DNA of 64,000 bases. It comes from Camelus ferus. Taxonomy: Eukaryota. Both the position numbers and the translations under genes were made by a program. Each line of letters begins with the position of its first letter. Within the stretch, counting starts at the first letter, position 1. The notes under the pieces are model-generated. The model made no database searches. It was not told the origin of the DNA and worked only from the letters and a program-made list of their open reading frames with translations. This document shows, in pieces, positions 41,301-53,492 of this stretch. The stretch spans positions 41,542,001 through 41,606,000 of the forward strand of contig NC_045697.1 of assembly GCF_009834535.1 (NCBI RefSeq), given 5' to 3'.

Positions 41301-41951
41301 TTTGATCACCAGTACTCTGAGAAAAAGTTCTCTGGTTTGTATCATTTTCCCACTACAGCCAATTCTAAACTACTGAAGTGGTGTCCTCAAGGAGGGAGGT
41401 GGGAAGAGATGTGTACAATCGGGTTTTGTCAGCTGATTGTAGGAGCCTATTTTAGAACACCAACAATTTTCCTTTTTTAATGTAAATTCAGCTGTCCATC
41501 AATTTTTGTTATAGTTTGCTCAGTTCATATAGAGTTTTGTGAGTAAGAATTTTTGTTAGCTAACTGTACCAGGTTTCCAGGACCAGAAGCAATGCCACAT
41601 GTTCAAAATTAAGAAAAAAGCATAAAAATGTCTGTGTTATAATTCTTGAATTAGTGACTTTCCCCATTTCTACTTCTCTTACATGTCCTCTCTCTCAATA
41701 CTCCACCTTACTTCTTAGGCATGTGCCTTATCCCCATCTCTTACTTTCTGGTCTCTATTGATTGCTTTACTCCTGGCTAAATAAGTTTATTAAAGGATTT
41801 CTGTGGAAGTAATCATCATGGTACATAAGCAATATTTTAAGAGCTGCTTGACTTTTAGAGGTAGATAAGCACAGATTCCTTGGAAGGAGATAGCACATCT
41901 CCTGAAGCTAACGATGCACTTCTACATGTTCCTGGGTAGAGTGCTCTAAAT

Positions 41952-42171
41952 CAGAGGTTGGCAACCATTTTTGTAAAATGGTCAGATAGTAAATATCTTG
42001 GGCTTTGAGGCCATATAGTCCCTTTCACAGTTACCCAACTCTGCCATTATAGCGTGAAAGCAGCCATAGATGATGTGTAAACTAATAGATGGCTGTGTTC
42101 CAATAAAACTGTATTTACAAAATAGGTAGTGCATTGAATTTGGTTCATGGGCTACAGCTTGCTGAATCCTG
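41952..42171. mobile_element. MER58A-like hAT-Charlie MITE
   Basis: cagaggttggcaac...ggctgtgttccaataaaact...gcttgctgaatcctg. 8-bp TSD ctctaaa(t/c). Confidence 0.9.
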
Positions 42172-45100
42172 CTCTAAACAGTCCATAGACCTGAAGATTT
42201 AGTCATATTTTTAATTGAGCATATGCACAGTTGTTAATAGAAAATTTTAATTCCATTTTCTAAATCAGTACTTTTTAAGATAATTACTACTTTTAAGGTA
42301 TATTTACTTTTTGTTTGTTTTTTTGCACATAGTTGGGAGAATCCTTTTGGGCATGGCAGAGACAGAGTGTTTTTGTAATTAACAATAACTTTGCATTCTA
42401 ATGTTGTACATAAGCTTGCAGGCTATTAAAGAGTCATTTATAATAAATATGAAATGTAATAAATATAAAAATTATTTATAAATAATGAGTTTGTTGTATA
42501 CCAATTCAACTTGGAAACTGCTGAACCTTAAACTATTTTTGGGATCAATAGTTCATTTGGTTTTCCCTTGAATATATTGCTTTTCAGCGACAAACCGTGG
42601 GAGTGTGGAGCTGCCCGGAGCAATTTGATTTTTTGCATCTGTGAAGTTTTTCAAACCTCCTGTGGTTTAGTTGGCACATCTCACATAAAAAGGAATTTAA
42701 GTATTGATCTAAGCTATTAAAACACATCATAGTTACATTCTTTTATAGCAACTGCTGTGCACCAATTCAACTAATAAGTTCTCAAGTGTCTCTCATTCAT
42801 ACCACTTGGCCTACTGCTCTGCTCAAAGTGACCATTAACTCCTGTAAGCATGTAATGAGGAGAAACTCAGAGAGTACATAGCAAGAAGTGAACATATGGG
42901 GGTTTTCCCAAAAGAGCAACCAGTAATTGAAAGCACTAAACTCTCCAAATTATCATCCCCTCCCTTTTCAAGGTACTCCTGGGTCTTATATTGTACCAGG
43001 ATGTTATCACTAATTCCACTTTAGTCTAATATCAAGATAATGCCCTGGCCATTTATGTTTCTATGCAATGATGTCAGATACTCCCTGCCATGCTGTCTGG
43101 ATATATAATTACCAAACTCGTTTTCTGTGATTCACTGGGATTATCATACTGAAAATTCTTTTTCTTTTAATGTCCCTTTGTGGAACAAGAAAGTTCTGTA
43201 GTGACTTAGTCATAGTGTTACATTTGAAATCTTTATAATGCAAACCAGGAAAGGTCAGGATGCTTGCTTTTCATAGCCAGATTATTCACTCATTAAAAAT
43301 TAAAATATATTGTTCATTTCAGGTGGTGAGCTGGATGTTATTAGTTCCCACATGCCCAGTTCAGCAGTACAGAACTAAAATAGCTCTGCTGGGTAGCATT
43401 TCTGAGGTCATCTTTACTGGACTCTTATATTTTCACTACTGCAAACTCCTTATTCCTAATTTGGTAGCATCAAATCTATTGAAAATTCAAAGATCTCAAT
43501 ATGAGGAGATAATGAAAATACTTAGATTTGTGGGAGAGAAGGAAAGGAGCCTTTCCCCTTTGATTCTCTTTTTGTTCAATATACATTTACTCGACATTAG
43601 CTATACACTAATAATAGTGCTGGCCCCCGGGGTTGTGAACATGAATAAAACATAATCACTTTCCCCAAGAAGGTCATAATGTAGTATAGAAAAGACATAT
43701 GAACAAATAGTTACAATATTGTAAGATACTCATAATAAAAGTATGAACAAAGTGCTATGAGGAGACTCAGTGCTGCGTGAAGGTGGCTGGGAGAACATTT
43801 TCCCATTTAATGCACGCTACAAGATAATGAAACAAGGAACAACATATTTTAAATGCTGGAAATGAGCATTTGGAAAATGAAAATAAAGTAAAAGTGCCAC
43901 TTATAAACATCAAAACATTAGTGCTTAAGAATAACCTTAAAGGTATGAAAGGACTATACACATAAAATATGTGAGTAAACATAAAATAGTTTTCTTGGTA
44001 ATTTCTTAATGCCTTTATAAAATAGAATGGCTTCATTCAAAGCAAAAAATAGCAATTGTTATGAGATTTATAAAATGTGTATAATAAACAATAGCTCAAA
44101 GAACTAGAGGTAAAATTAAAATATACCATTATAAGTTTCTTAAATTATGTGTGTGAAGTGGAATAACACTAATTGAACCTAGATTACTAATAAAAATTCA
44201 GATTGCAAACTCCATAACAACCATTAAAAAAAGAAAAAGAGGTATAACAAATAACCTATTAGATAAAATGGAAAACAAAAAATATAGTTCTTCCCCAAAA
44301 GGCTGGGAAGGAAGAAAAATGGAATAAAGAATATGAGGGTAAAATACAAAACAAATTGTATGATGGTAGACTTAAACTCAATAACATCCATAATTACTTT
44401 AAATGTAAATGGTAAGGGCATCTGTTAAAAGGCAGAGATGATGAGCAACTCATCACTTCTATTCACAATTGTACTGGAAGCAGGACAATTAGTCAAGAAA
44501 ACACAGATTGGAAAAGAAAAAGCAAAAACTGCCTTCACTTGCAGACATTTCAGTGTATAAAGAAAATCCTAAACCATCCACAAAATGTTTACTAGATACG
44601 ATAAGTGAATTTAACAAGGTTGCAGGTATAAAGTCATTTCCAAAAATCAACTTTATTTTTAGGAACATTTGATAAATGGAATACTAGGAGCATTTGGGAA
44701 AAGGAAGTTAAAATATGCCATTTATAATAACATCAAAAATATAAATTTTAAAGAATAAACTTAAAAAATATTTAAGGTCTGTTTATATACTGTAAACTTC
44801 AAAATATTCCTGAGATAAATTAGAGAGAACCAAAATAAATGGACAAATATATTATGATTTTAGATAAAACACCCAATATTAAGATACTCATTCTTCCCAG
44901 TGTGACCTGTAGCTCTAATGCAACCTCAATCTAAATTCCAGAAGGTTTTTTTTTTTCTTTGTGAAACATTAGGCTGATTTTAAATTCATGTGGCAATGCA
45001 AAGACTAGAATAGTTACCCAAATAAAAAAGAAGAAAAATTTGGAGGACTTACCTAGTTTCTAGATGATTATCAAACTGCAGTAATCAGGACAGGATGGTA

Positions 45101-45857
45101 TTGGGGTAAAGATAGATGGCAGATAATTGGAATAGAATAGAGTCCTGAAATAGACCCACACTTGTACAATTATAAAGTCAAATGATATTTTTTAACCAGG
45201 TCAGTAAGGCAACTCAATATGGAAAAGAAAGTCTTTTCACCAAGAATGCTTGAACAATTGACTATCATTAGGGCCCAAAAATGGACCTTAACGTATACAT
45301 ACACTATGGACTAAAATTAATTGGAGTGGTATCACAGACCTAAAAGTAAAATTAACAATGTAAAGCTCATGAAGAAAATGTGGAAGAAAGCCTCATGAAC
45401 TTGAGGTGGGCAAAGATCCCTTGACAAAAACCAAGAAAGCACCAATAAAAGGAAAATCAATCATAAAATGAATTTCATAAAAATTAGGTATTACTCATTA
45501 AAAGCATTAATAAGCTGAATATGCAAGCACAGATTGAAAGAAAATATTCATAATATATGTATCTGACATAATATTATGAAAATATTTATCTCAAATAGAG
45601 AATTTCTACAATTTATATAAAAAGACAGACAACTCCCTTCCCCCATCCACCGTCCACCACCACATGGGCAAAATACTTGAAAAGGCACCTCCCCAAGGAA
45701 GATAAATGAATGGCCAATAAACACATGAAGAAAGTTCTCAACACTATTAGTCATCAAGGAAATAAAAAAAAAATGAAATATTACTAAACATTTATTAGAA
45801 TGGTTAAAATTTAGAAAACTGGTAACATAAGGGATGTGAGGCAACTGAATTTTTTTT

Positions 45858-45968
45858 AACATTTTTTATTGATTTATAATCATTTTACAAGGTTGTGTCA
45901 AATTCCAGTGTAGAGCACAATTTTTCAATTATACATGTACATATATACATTGTCACATTTTTTTTCTG
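45858..45968 (-). mobile_element. Young L1 3' end (about 110 bp)
   Basis: ttttattgatttataatcattttaca...caaattccagtgtagagcacaa. Flanked by aactgaatttttttt at 45843 and 45969. Confidence 0.8.
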
Positions 45969-45995
45969 AACTGAATTTTTTTTAAACCCAGCAAC

Positions 45996-46405
45996 ATTTT
46001 TTTTTTAATGAAGCATAGTTGATTTACAATGTTGTGTTAGTTTCTGGTGTACAGCAAAGTGATACAATTGTACATATATATATTCTTTTTCATTTTTTTT
46101 CCATTATGGTTTATTATAGGATGTTGAATATGGTTCCCTGTGCTATACAGTTGGTCCTTTGTTTATCTATTTTATATATAGTAGTTTGTATCTGCTAATC
46201 CCAAACTCCTAATTCATCCCTCCCCCACTCCATTTCCTCTTTGGTAACCATAAGTTTGTTATCTATGTCTGTGAATCTGTTTCTGTTTCATAAATAAGTT
46301 CATTTGTGTCATATTTTATATTCCACATGTAAGTAATATATGGTGTTTGTCTTTCTCCTTCTGACTTACTTCACTTAATATGATCATCTCGAGGTCCATT
46401 CATGA
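45996..46405 (-). mobile_element. L1 3' end (artiodactyl type)
   Basis: gaagcatagttgatttacaatgttgtgttag...ctgacttacttcacttaatatga. Confidence 0.9.
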
Positions 46406-48398
46406 ACGACTAAATTTTTATGCATTGCTACAAGGGGGTAGACAATGTGTCTGACAGTTTTTTGTAAGTTAAAACATATACCTATCCCGCGATCCAACAA
46501 TTCTTTCTCCAAAGAAATGAAAATATATTTGTTCAAAAATACATGTATATAAATGTTCATGCAGCATTACTGATATCCAAAAAATAGAAACACCTCAAAT
46601 ATCTGAAAACAGAATGGATAAACATACATTTTACTCAGCAACAGAAGAACTATTGATACTTAACACTAATGCATTCTGAAAGCATTTTGCTGAGCAAAAG
46701 CCCAGCGGAAGAGTACATACTGTATGATTTCATTTGTATGAGTTCTAGGACAAGAAAAACCAATCTATACAGAGAAAGAAGTTAGAACTTGTTTCATGGG
46801 GGATGGGGACTACTGTCGAGAAAACGGTATGGGGTGTGCTTTTCAGGCCGTTCTTTATCTTCACTGGAATGCGAATTACGTGGATAGATGCATTTGTCAA
46901 AATCCATCAACCTGTACACTTAAGAACTGTTCATTTTGCTGTGGGTAAATTCTACTTAATCAAACCTAGATTAAAAATATTAAAAATAAGAAGTAGAGGT
47001 AACTATCTTCAAAACTTGTATGTAAATCTCATGGAAATACAGTAAAATCCCTTACAGATTGAAATTTGAGAAGTAAATTGTTTCTTTTGTTGTTGTTTTG
47101 TTTTACTTTTTACCTATTTTATGACTGTATTTTAGTAATTTTTTTCCCATGGGGGACTTATTTTGTCATATAATAGGAAGTCTAGAAGTAGAAAAGATCC
47201 AGAATTTCTTAATTCAGTAGTTTAATGGTATCATCAAGCACATAGCTCAGCATTTCTTCTCAAAATCATTTCCTGTAGTGACTATTATGAGTGTATTGCT
47301 TCCAGGCATCCATGTGTCGACAATGACGCCCAGTGAAAGAATGACAGACCATAAGTTCCTTGTGTCACTTGAACATTTTCCTATTATAAACTATCACAGA
47401 CATATCAAGTAGCATATATTTTATACATTTAGGGTTTAACGAATAATGAAACAATTTTGCATGACCTCACCACTCAGCTCAGAGTAGACATAGTGAATAC
47501 CACTGAAAACCCCTGTATGCCTCTTCCCAGTGGTGGTCTTCCCTTCCCCAGGAGAGCTGGCCAGGCTCTTGAATTTTGCATTTTTTGTTCTTTTGCTTTT
47601 CTTTACAGTTTTATAATAGTCAAAAAGAATTCCTAAATAATATATTGTTTAGTTGTGCATATTTTGTACCTTTCTTAAATGAAGTTAACCATTACTTCAT
47701 TTCATTTGTTTAACACGTTTATGATACTTCGTCATGTTAATGCTTGTTTCTTTATTCCACCACTTCATTGCTATATTCCACTAAATGAATGTACATTATT
47801 TATTTATTGGCCTCTCTATGAATATTTGTTTTTTCCAGTATTAATTTGTTATTATTTATTTCTTTTGCTATTACAAAGGTATTCAAGTGGATGCCTTTTC
47901 TGTGTATCCTGGTAGCAAAATTCAAGACTTTCTCTGGAGATACGTGTTAGTAGTGTGGTAGGTTATGCACAAATGTTCTATATAATGCTATTTTCTCCTA
48001 AATTTGGTTGTTCCAATTGCCAAAACTATCAGCAGTATATCAATATCCACATCTGATCAACCTGTTTTCAAAAACTGAATATTATCATACTTTTCAGTTT
48101 TTATCAATTTGATAGAAAATAGTATCTCAATGTGGTTTTAAATTATACATATATTTATGGGCACCTTTATATATCTTTTTCCAAGAAACTTATCTCTCTC
48201 TCTCTTTTTTTTTTTTTTTTGCTAATTCTTCTATTGGGTTCTTTGTCTTTTTCTTCTTATATTTTAGAAGCTCTTTATAGATTCTGGGTAAATCTCTCTC
48301 TAGTTATTTCAAATATCTTTTCTCAGTCTGTGGCCCCTTTTTTAACTCTATCACATTTTTTTAAGAACAGAAATTATTCATTTTAAATAGTCTGTTTT

Positions 48399-48552
48399 GG
48401 GGGGAGGGTATAACTCAAGTGGTAGAGCACATACTTAACGTGCGTGAGGTTCTGGGTTCAATCCCCAGTACCTTCCCTAAGAATAACTAAGTAAATAAAT
48501 AAACCTAATTACCTCCCCCAACCAAAAAAAAAAAAAAAAAGCAAAAGAATAA
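48399..48552 (+). mobile_element. Vic-1-type camelid SINE
   Basis: ggggagggtataactcaagtggtagagc...gggttcaatccccagtacc...aaacctaattacctcccc plus poly-A. TSD aaatagtct(g/a)tttt at 48385-48398 and 48553-48566. Confidence 0.93.
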
Positions 48553-48730
48553 AAATAGTCTATTTTATCAATAATTTCTTTTATAACAGCATGTTTACAC
48601 ATTACTTATGATGTATTTCTCAGACATTCAACTACCTTTCCTTTTATATTATTGAAAGTTTGGTCTTTCCTGAAAAGTTTAATCCTTCTGGAACTGTGTT
48701 TTGTATACCACATGAAGATGAGGTAGGGGT

Positions 48731-49220
48731 TGTCAAGTACCGTGAAGAGTCTGAGATGTTACCCTACTTGCAAGCTACCTTTTATAGATGCTTGCAGAAG
48801 ACACACAATCCCTGGGTCAGATCAAAGTTCTTTATTACATTAATAGCAGTAGCTAGGGTGTCAGAATTCATGCCAGTTTCTCAGGCCCTGATTCCTGCAG
48901 GGTGACTCAAAGAAGGTCAGGTGACCCTGCAAATACTGTGAGTTGTGTTACATAGAAAAAGAACTCCAAGCTTGGAGAACCCAAATCTTTTATAGTGGGT
49001 GGCTAGCATTCCTGACCTTTTCTCCATAGTGACACCTCATCTATATTATACTGGGAGTAATCAAACCTGCTTTTTGCTCCAGAGGGAAATATATCTTTCT
49101 TTTCCAAGGCTGTTTGCTCTATAACCATCCTTGAGAAGACAGTCTAGAATAAAGGCGGCCAGTGCTTCTGCTTATGACACACAGAATTATGAGAGGCCCA
49201 TAGAGAACTGTCTCTTAACA
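48731..49220 (-). mobile_element. Solo LTR, 490 bp (ERVL, MER76-like; subfamily uncertain)
   Basis: TG...CA ends. Flanks ggggt/gggat (4/5 TSD). Minus-strand TATAAAA and AATAAA. Confidence 0.75.
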
Positions 49221-50864
49221 GGGATGTGCTTCCTCCCTCCCCTTGCCCCGATATTTATGACCAGTTATCTCAGATGGTTTAATGTATGGATTCTTCTTTC
49301 CCCAGGTGTCTTTAATATAGTCAGGTTTGAATATTAACATAACATAATCAGGTTTCCATGTATGTATGTGTCTGTTTCTGGGCTCTCTGTTCTATTAATC
49401 AGTAGTCTGTCTCTGCATTGATCCCATATACCTTTACTTACTATGGCTTTACAATAAATCTTGACCTCTGGTGGAGCAATTTTTCCCCCAACCCCCACAG
49501 ATACCCATTTTATTCTTCTTCAGAAGTGTCTTATATACTCTTGTCTTTTCATTCTTCCTCATAGTTAAAAAATCTACACAAGTTTCAATGTAAAATATTT
49601 TTTCATGCAATGCAGACCTTCTTTCTGGGATTGTTTGGCTTGCTCCAGAATTTTGTTTAAAACGTCCTGAAGTAGACTTTATTCAGGTGTCTCCAGTGTG
49701 ACTTTCCACCCTAGATAGCTTCCAAGCTTTGGTTCCTGTATTCTGCATGCTGCCCTTTTAAAGCCAAAGTTCTGGTGTTCAGACATCAGCAGATGGTCTG
49801 GGGACAAGTGACAGGTTCAGCTCATTTACTTCTCTGCATGGATCCTTTCACATTGTCTTCAGCTTCTCTGAATTTTTCTTGCCTCTTATTTTGGCAGCTC
49901 AGCTGTGCATGTCTATTTCACCTAAACATTGTAGGAGTTTTGTGCAGAGTGTTTTTCAGGTTAGGTGATCATTCCTACTGCCAAAAACAGAAGTCTCCTG
50001 TCAGTAGTGGTTTTAAAATTGTTTAATCCCACAAAATTATATCTTGCACACAATAAACATTCAACAAAGTGTGTTTAATTGAACTTAATAACATTTCAAT
50101 TGGGTTTTTCTGATGCTGCCTCATCATTCCCAAATAACCCAGGACCTAACTTGGCATTTCCGCTGTTAGATGATTTTTATTCTGTCATTTAAACTTAAAA
50201 AATATTTCAAATACACAGAAAATAATATAATTGAATCTTTGTACTTACCATGAAGATTAAACACATGTTAATATAGTGTCCTGTTTTCTTTAGTCTGTAG
50301 TTATATGACTAGATAACAAGCAGTGTATATTATTTCAGGTACTTTAAAATTTTACATTAATAATATAGTGATCTTCATGAACCTTTTGAAACCTGCTTTT
50401 TTCCCCCTTTCAACATCATGTTTGAAAATTTTATCTATACTGATACCCTAAGCTTTAATTCAGTTATTCCAAGTCCTAGCCGTAATTTTATTGTAAATTA
50501 AATTTTATTTAATGGTATCTTTATTCTACAATGAACATTCTTTTATATATCCTCTTGAACTTATATTTGAGACTTTAAAAAAATTAGATGCCTAGAACTG
50601 AAAACGCTTTGTAATATAATGTACTTAACTTTAACATATTAGGTATATCCAGTTTCTTCTATCTAGTCTTTATGATCGTGATGACATTGATCATTATAGA
50701 AGATAAGACATTTTTACCTTATTTTGTTATTTAATCTTTACAATTTGTGAAAAGTACCTAATAACTGGTCTGGACAAGGATTGTGCTGAATATATGTTGT
50801 GCACGACACCTTGTGTATAATTCAAATTCATACTATTAGATAATGAATAGTTAGGTGATTTGGA

Positions 50865-50897
50865 ACTTCATACCCCTCTTTTTTTCTATAGGTATTT
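50865..50897 (+). promoter_or_regulatory. MAPK10: Splice acceptor of the MAPK10 start exon plus 6 nt of 5' UTR
   Basis: Polypyrimidine tract cccctctttttttctatag ends at 50891. Exon begins GTATTT ATG at 50892. Confidence 0.9.
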
Positions 50898-50963
50898 ATG
50901 AGCCTCCATTTATTGTACTACTGCAGTGAACCAACCTTGGATGTGAAAATTGCCTTTTGTCAG
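50898..50963 (+). CDS. MAPK10: First coding exon of MAPK10 (JNK3), N-terminal extension residues 1-22
   Basis: Translates MSLHLLYYCSEPTLDVKIAFCQ versus recalled human JNK3 MSLHFLYYCSEPTLDVKIAFCQ (21/22). Phase-0 donor CAG|gtgtgt after 50963. Downstream kinase exons not found in the window. Confidence 0.96.
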
Positions 50964-50996
50964 GTGTGTGTTCCTTACAGGTAAAACAAGGTACAG
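50964..50996 (+). promoter_or_regulatory. MAPK10: Tandem candidate alternative 5' splice donors (after 50963, 50980, 50990)
   Basis: CAG|gtgtgt, CAG|gtaaaa and AAG|gtacag within 27 nt. In-frame TAA at 50982-50984. Confidence 0.65.
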
Positions 50997-52069
50997 TATA
51001 TTCCCTTGTATTTCCATTTTGCCATCCCATCTTGCACATTTCCACACCAGAGTTAGTATTTATGTAATATTAAAAGTAGCTTAGGAAATAAAAGTGGATA
51101 CCTAGGTGTTTTTTTCTTTCCCAGTTCATTTAAGTTAGAATAGGAATGAAGAGCATTCTTTTTAATAATTCTAAATATAGTATTTCATCACTGTAGGAAG
51201 TGATGTCTTATTAGATTTAACATCGTTAGTGTCATTTTCAGATCCTTGCAATGTGGTTTTAATCATCAAAATGGCTCAGTTCTATGTTACTTTTCATTCT
51301 AACGACAGATGAGCCCCAAGTAGAGTATCTCCGATACCTAAGTATCATAATATTTTCCCTAGGAGATGCTCAGTTTGCTTTTTGATGCCCAGTTCTAACC
51401 AGTAGTTGGTAAAAAGGCTAAACAACAGTAATGACAAAGGTGTCTTTCACCTACAGTGAACACTAGTAAGAAGGTGGTGTGCATGGACCAGATAAGAGTC
51501 TTTTGCTCTTATATTCACACAAACTCTGTTCTTAGGAAATAGGGTACCTGGGGCACCTGTACCTACTATACGTATGTTTAGGTAGTTCTCACTTAAGCCT
51601 GACATCATGACAGAATTAATAGTGCTCATTTTTACACTCAGAAATTGTTTGTTATTTGGCCAATAAATTATATGGTAACTCTATTTATACCCCAAGCAGA
51701 GAGCACTTCGGTTTTTCTCTAATGATTTTCATGGTGTCGTCTCACTGAGCTGGGCTGTAGACAGAGAATGAAATTCATCCATTGAGACAAGGTTTAAAAA
51801 ATAACTCTACAGCTTCTATTATTTTGATACAATATTTTCTGATTCTAGAAGTAATATGTGCTTACTATAGAAAATGTAGAAAAGTACAAAGGGAGAGAAA
51901 ACATTGGTCAATCTGTTCTTCTTGAGAGTAGAATTTCTGTGGGAAAGTAAAGCGTGTTGCATGCAATGAGCAGGATTTACTGATTTACTTCATCTCCCCA
52001 ACCTCTAAATGTAGTGCCGAAAGTCTCAGACTTAAGATAACTGCTCTTCTCTAAAAAGAACTCTGTATC

Positions 52070-52250
52070 TGAGCAGCCTTGGTTAGAAATTACAAATCTA
52101 ACACTTACTAGCCATTTGCTTATGACCTTGGGCAAGTTAGTTAACCTCACTGTGTTTCAGTACCTAACTTCTAGGTTTATGAGAATTAAGTGAGTTCGTA
52201 CTTGCCGAACACCGAGAACAGTGCTGGAATGTTTTTGTTAAATAGCTAAC
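52070..52250 (+). mobile_element. MIR SINE
   Basis: cacttactagc...tgaccttgggcaagttagttaacctc. Confidence 0.8.
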
Positions 52251-52329
52251 TAAATTTAAAATAAATTTACATTCACTCTTCTGGTACTCCCTCTGAGTTC
52301 TAGTGTTTTACATATTATCAATATGTTGA

Positions 52330-53492
52330 ACACTCCTACAGTTCTATCTCCAACACAAACCTCTCCCTGAAGCCAGACTCGTCTACCAACTGCTTGTTCT
52401 ACATCTCAGCTTAGATGTCTAGTAGGCATATCAAACGATACATGTCCCAAACCAAACCCTTGACCTTCCCTCCAAAATTGCTTTGCTCTAATTCAGTAAA
52501 TGCTAGATCCATATTTTCCGTTTCTTAGAACAAAATCTTCAGAATCATCTTTTGGGCAACACTTGGCATCCAATCTGTCAGCAAATTCTGTTGGCTCTAC
52601 ATTAACAATGTATCTGGAATCTCTCCACTTCTTGCCATTCTCTCCTCTACCATTCTGATCAAGCTACCGTAACTCTCATCTGGATTAATGCAAGAGCTTC
52701 CACACTTGCTCACCCCCAGTGGTTTGCTCTCAAACATCAGCAAGAGTGATACTTGAAAAGTATAAGTGAGGTCATGCCACATCTTGGTTAGAAACAAAAC
52801 AAAACAGAAAAACCATTCAATCAAGTGAGACGTCTTCCCATCCCACTTATGGTAAACATTCTTCAAATAAATACGCAAGCCTTTAACCATGTAGCTACCT
52901 AGACACACCTCCCTGAAATGGTCTTCCTTTATTATCCACTTGGCCCATTCCTTCACCACCTTCAGGACTTGGCTCAAATGTCATTTTAAGAGAGTCTTTT
53001 GTAACTATCCTATTTAAAATTGCCCCTTCGTAGCCCACATTGCATACCCAACTTCCCTGCCTTTCCTTTTTCCCCTGCGTAGCGCTTTTTGGTATCTGAT
53101 ACACTATATGTGTGACTAATCTCTTGCTTCTCCCTCTCTGCTAGAATGCATTTTTTCCACTTGGACATGGATTTTTTTCAACAGTGTGCACACATAGGCT
53201 CACACAGGTTCACAAGGGTTGATTGTGCACATCTCTTCCCAGCTCTAAGTTAAAGGATGTTGGGTTGGTCGATTGAACTCTGTCATGATAGGAATATATA
53301 CATTATGTAAATAAACGATTGCTGCAGATAAGTTCTCTTCTGTCCGCCACCCCCAGCCAGTTTTTGAGCAATTACCAGCACATCGTTGGGATTTTGTCTC
53401 TTTTGCACACTGCTGTACTGTAGCACTAACAATAGTGTCTGGCATATGGTGGACTCTCAGCAAATATTTGCTTAATGAATGAATGAATGATG
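52330..53492 (+). mobile_element. L2 3' portion interrupted by a MER63-like element
   Basis: gatgtctagtaggcatatcaaac...aaatatttgcttaatgaatgaatgaatga tail. Confidence 0.85.
53179..53388. mobile_element. MER63-like hAT element
   Basis: gattgtgcacatctcttccca...ttaccagcacatcgttg. ggatttt on both flanks. Confidence 0.75.

Larger units (their letters stand above)
43800..46990 (+). mobile_element. Old L1M element (ORF2 and 3' UTR remnants) hosting nested younger L1s
   Basis: A-rich; aagtgaatttaacaaggttgcagg, gaaatagacccacac, gaatggccaataaacacatgaag. Confidence 0.85.
47375..49600 (-). mobile_element. Degraded L1ME-like element interrupted by a SINE and an LTR
   Basis: T-rich antisense L1 segments, e.g. 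tctttttctcagtctgtggc and tgtctgtttctgggctctctgttcta. Confidence 0.6.

Noticed and set aside
42575..42670. Possible non-coding MAPK10 exon (ttttcag|cgacaaaccg...)
   Set aside because: Acceptor-like with a few CpGs, but no convincing donor and no transcript evidence.
48399..48470. tRNA gene (also the copies at 8611, 22854 and 27092)
   Set aside because: A and B boxes are followed by SINE tails, A-rich ends and mostly TSDs, so these are tRNA-derived SINEs.
50981..50990. 10-nt microexon (ttccttacag|GTAAAACAAG|gt)
   Set aside because: With the upstream exon it needs a 17-nt intron, and alone it has a poor pyrimidine tract. Alternative donor use is simpler.
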